Assembly (NCBI GenBank): GCA_964247055.1
Contig: OZ176056.1
Coordinates: 3,534,001-3,598,000, forward strand
DNA from: Paragordius varius
Lineage: Eukaryota; Animalia; Nematomorpha
DNA length: 64,000 bases
Reading direction: 5' to 3'
Position 1 is the stretch's first letter, and the number at the start of each line of letters is the position of its first letter. The translations under genes and the position numbers were made by a program. Below the pieces are notes generated by a model that was given only the letters and a program-made list of their open reading frames with translations, was not told the DNA's origin and ran no database searches. This document shows, piece by piece, positions 62,919 through 64,000 of this stretch.

Positions 62919-64000
62919 GTACATAAAATTAATATTTTTGCATTCTAGAAAAAATTTTTTGTTTAGATAGGGTTGAATATTAAATATTGGATTGCTTTAT
63001 AGCAATGCTTATAAGAAAAGGAAAAAATAACCGTGTTTCATATTGAATGGTGAACTGATCATTCTACAAATACAATTATACATATATTTAAGTGTGTCAA
63101 ATTTAGGGGGTACCTCCTGAATAATAAGACTTAATTTTTTTAGAATCAGGCTTTGAGAATCAGTAATAATTGGAGAAGCACCATATAAGACAATAAATGA
63201 GCAAAAATCAGATGCTTTCACTATTTGGGCTATAATTTTTTATCTAAAATAAACGCTGATATACAGTAAAATTTGAAATTATACGGATAAAATATAAAAT
63301 TTTCGAAAAAACAACCATACTCTTTAACTTATATTTTTTAATTATAACTCATGTTTCAAATTGCAAAGTATGAAACAGAGATGTATATCGGTAACACAAT
63401 CATATTTATAATTAACAGTGAATATAGGTTTAAGAAAGTGTCTTTTGACAAAAAATATTTGTCTTTATATTTTCCGTTTGTCCATATAATTTTTTGTATT
63501 AACACTTCATATATGATTAAAATTAACAGCGTTTTAATTTATGCTCAAAATATTGAATATAGCCATATTTACTTGATTTTTACCATTTTCATATATGGCC
63601 TTTGAGACAACAGATGCCCCTATATTTGACATATTATATATAATATTATTATTAATTTTGTGAATTTTCATTATTCGCACCATTTTTAAGTAAATATTTT
63701 AAAGTATATCTTAACTAAAAATAAAATAATTTTGCGCAGAGAAGCCTTATCATTTTTATGTCGTTAGGGGAAATGTTTTTGTGCGGTTTTTTTTCAAAAA
63801 GAAGTTTGGCGGGGTGTAATAGAATTTTTTACAACATTAATGCGATCTTATTGTACTGTCCGTTTTGCTATAAGACTGCATTCTGTTGCACTGAGTATTA
63901 TAATTAAATATTAATCTATTATTTGTTATAATACGAGATTTTTGAAACCTATTGATCTCAACGAAATAGAAGTCTATACCTAAAAATTTAAGCCTTTCAA

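Noticed and set aside
1-64000. tRNA, rRNA, snRNA genes and a species assignment
   Set aside because: No convincing tRNA cloverleaf, rRNA or snRNA motif seen by eye. AT richness, loop-expanded proteins and MEG-like architecture suggest a fast-evolving invertebrate, possibly parasitic, but the taxon cannot be established without a database search.

Overview
Strongly AT-rich, intron-containing animal (invertebrate-type) genomic DNA; the species cannot be determined from the sequence. Three conserved genes can be reconstructed. (1) A 13-exon phenylalanine hydroxylase (+, 5260-13818) whose intron positions mostly match human PAH but whose exon 3 is about 108 codons longer. (2) A two-exon Cip/Kip CDK inhibitor (-, 18158-20769) with a PIP degron formed across its splice junction. 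(3) A single-exon class A peptide-type GPCR (+, 41812-43908) with greatly expanded loops. The standout is a gene invisible to the ORF track: a signal-peptide exon at 48555 followed by about 31 tiny (9-111 nt) exons to at least 62918. All are phase 1 and a multiple of 3 nt, which is micro-exon-gene (MEG)-like architecture. It includes a three-exon cassette triplicated by a 2.3-2.5 kb tandem duplication, a hydrophobic G/A/V module and a cluster of 21/42-nt (7/14 aa) exons. The rest is transposon-rich: the 5' end of a Ty3/Gypsy element with an open gag, three decayed Mos1-like mariners, hAT transposase remnants, many MITE/foldback elements and an ~11 kb inverted-repeat structure. All gene models were built by eye from GT/AG sites, frame continuity and remembered homology; repeat boundaries are approximate.
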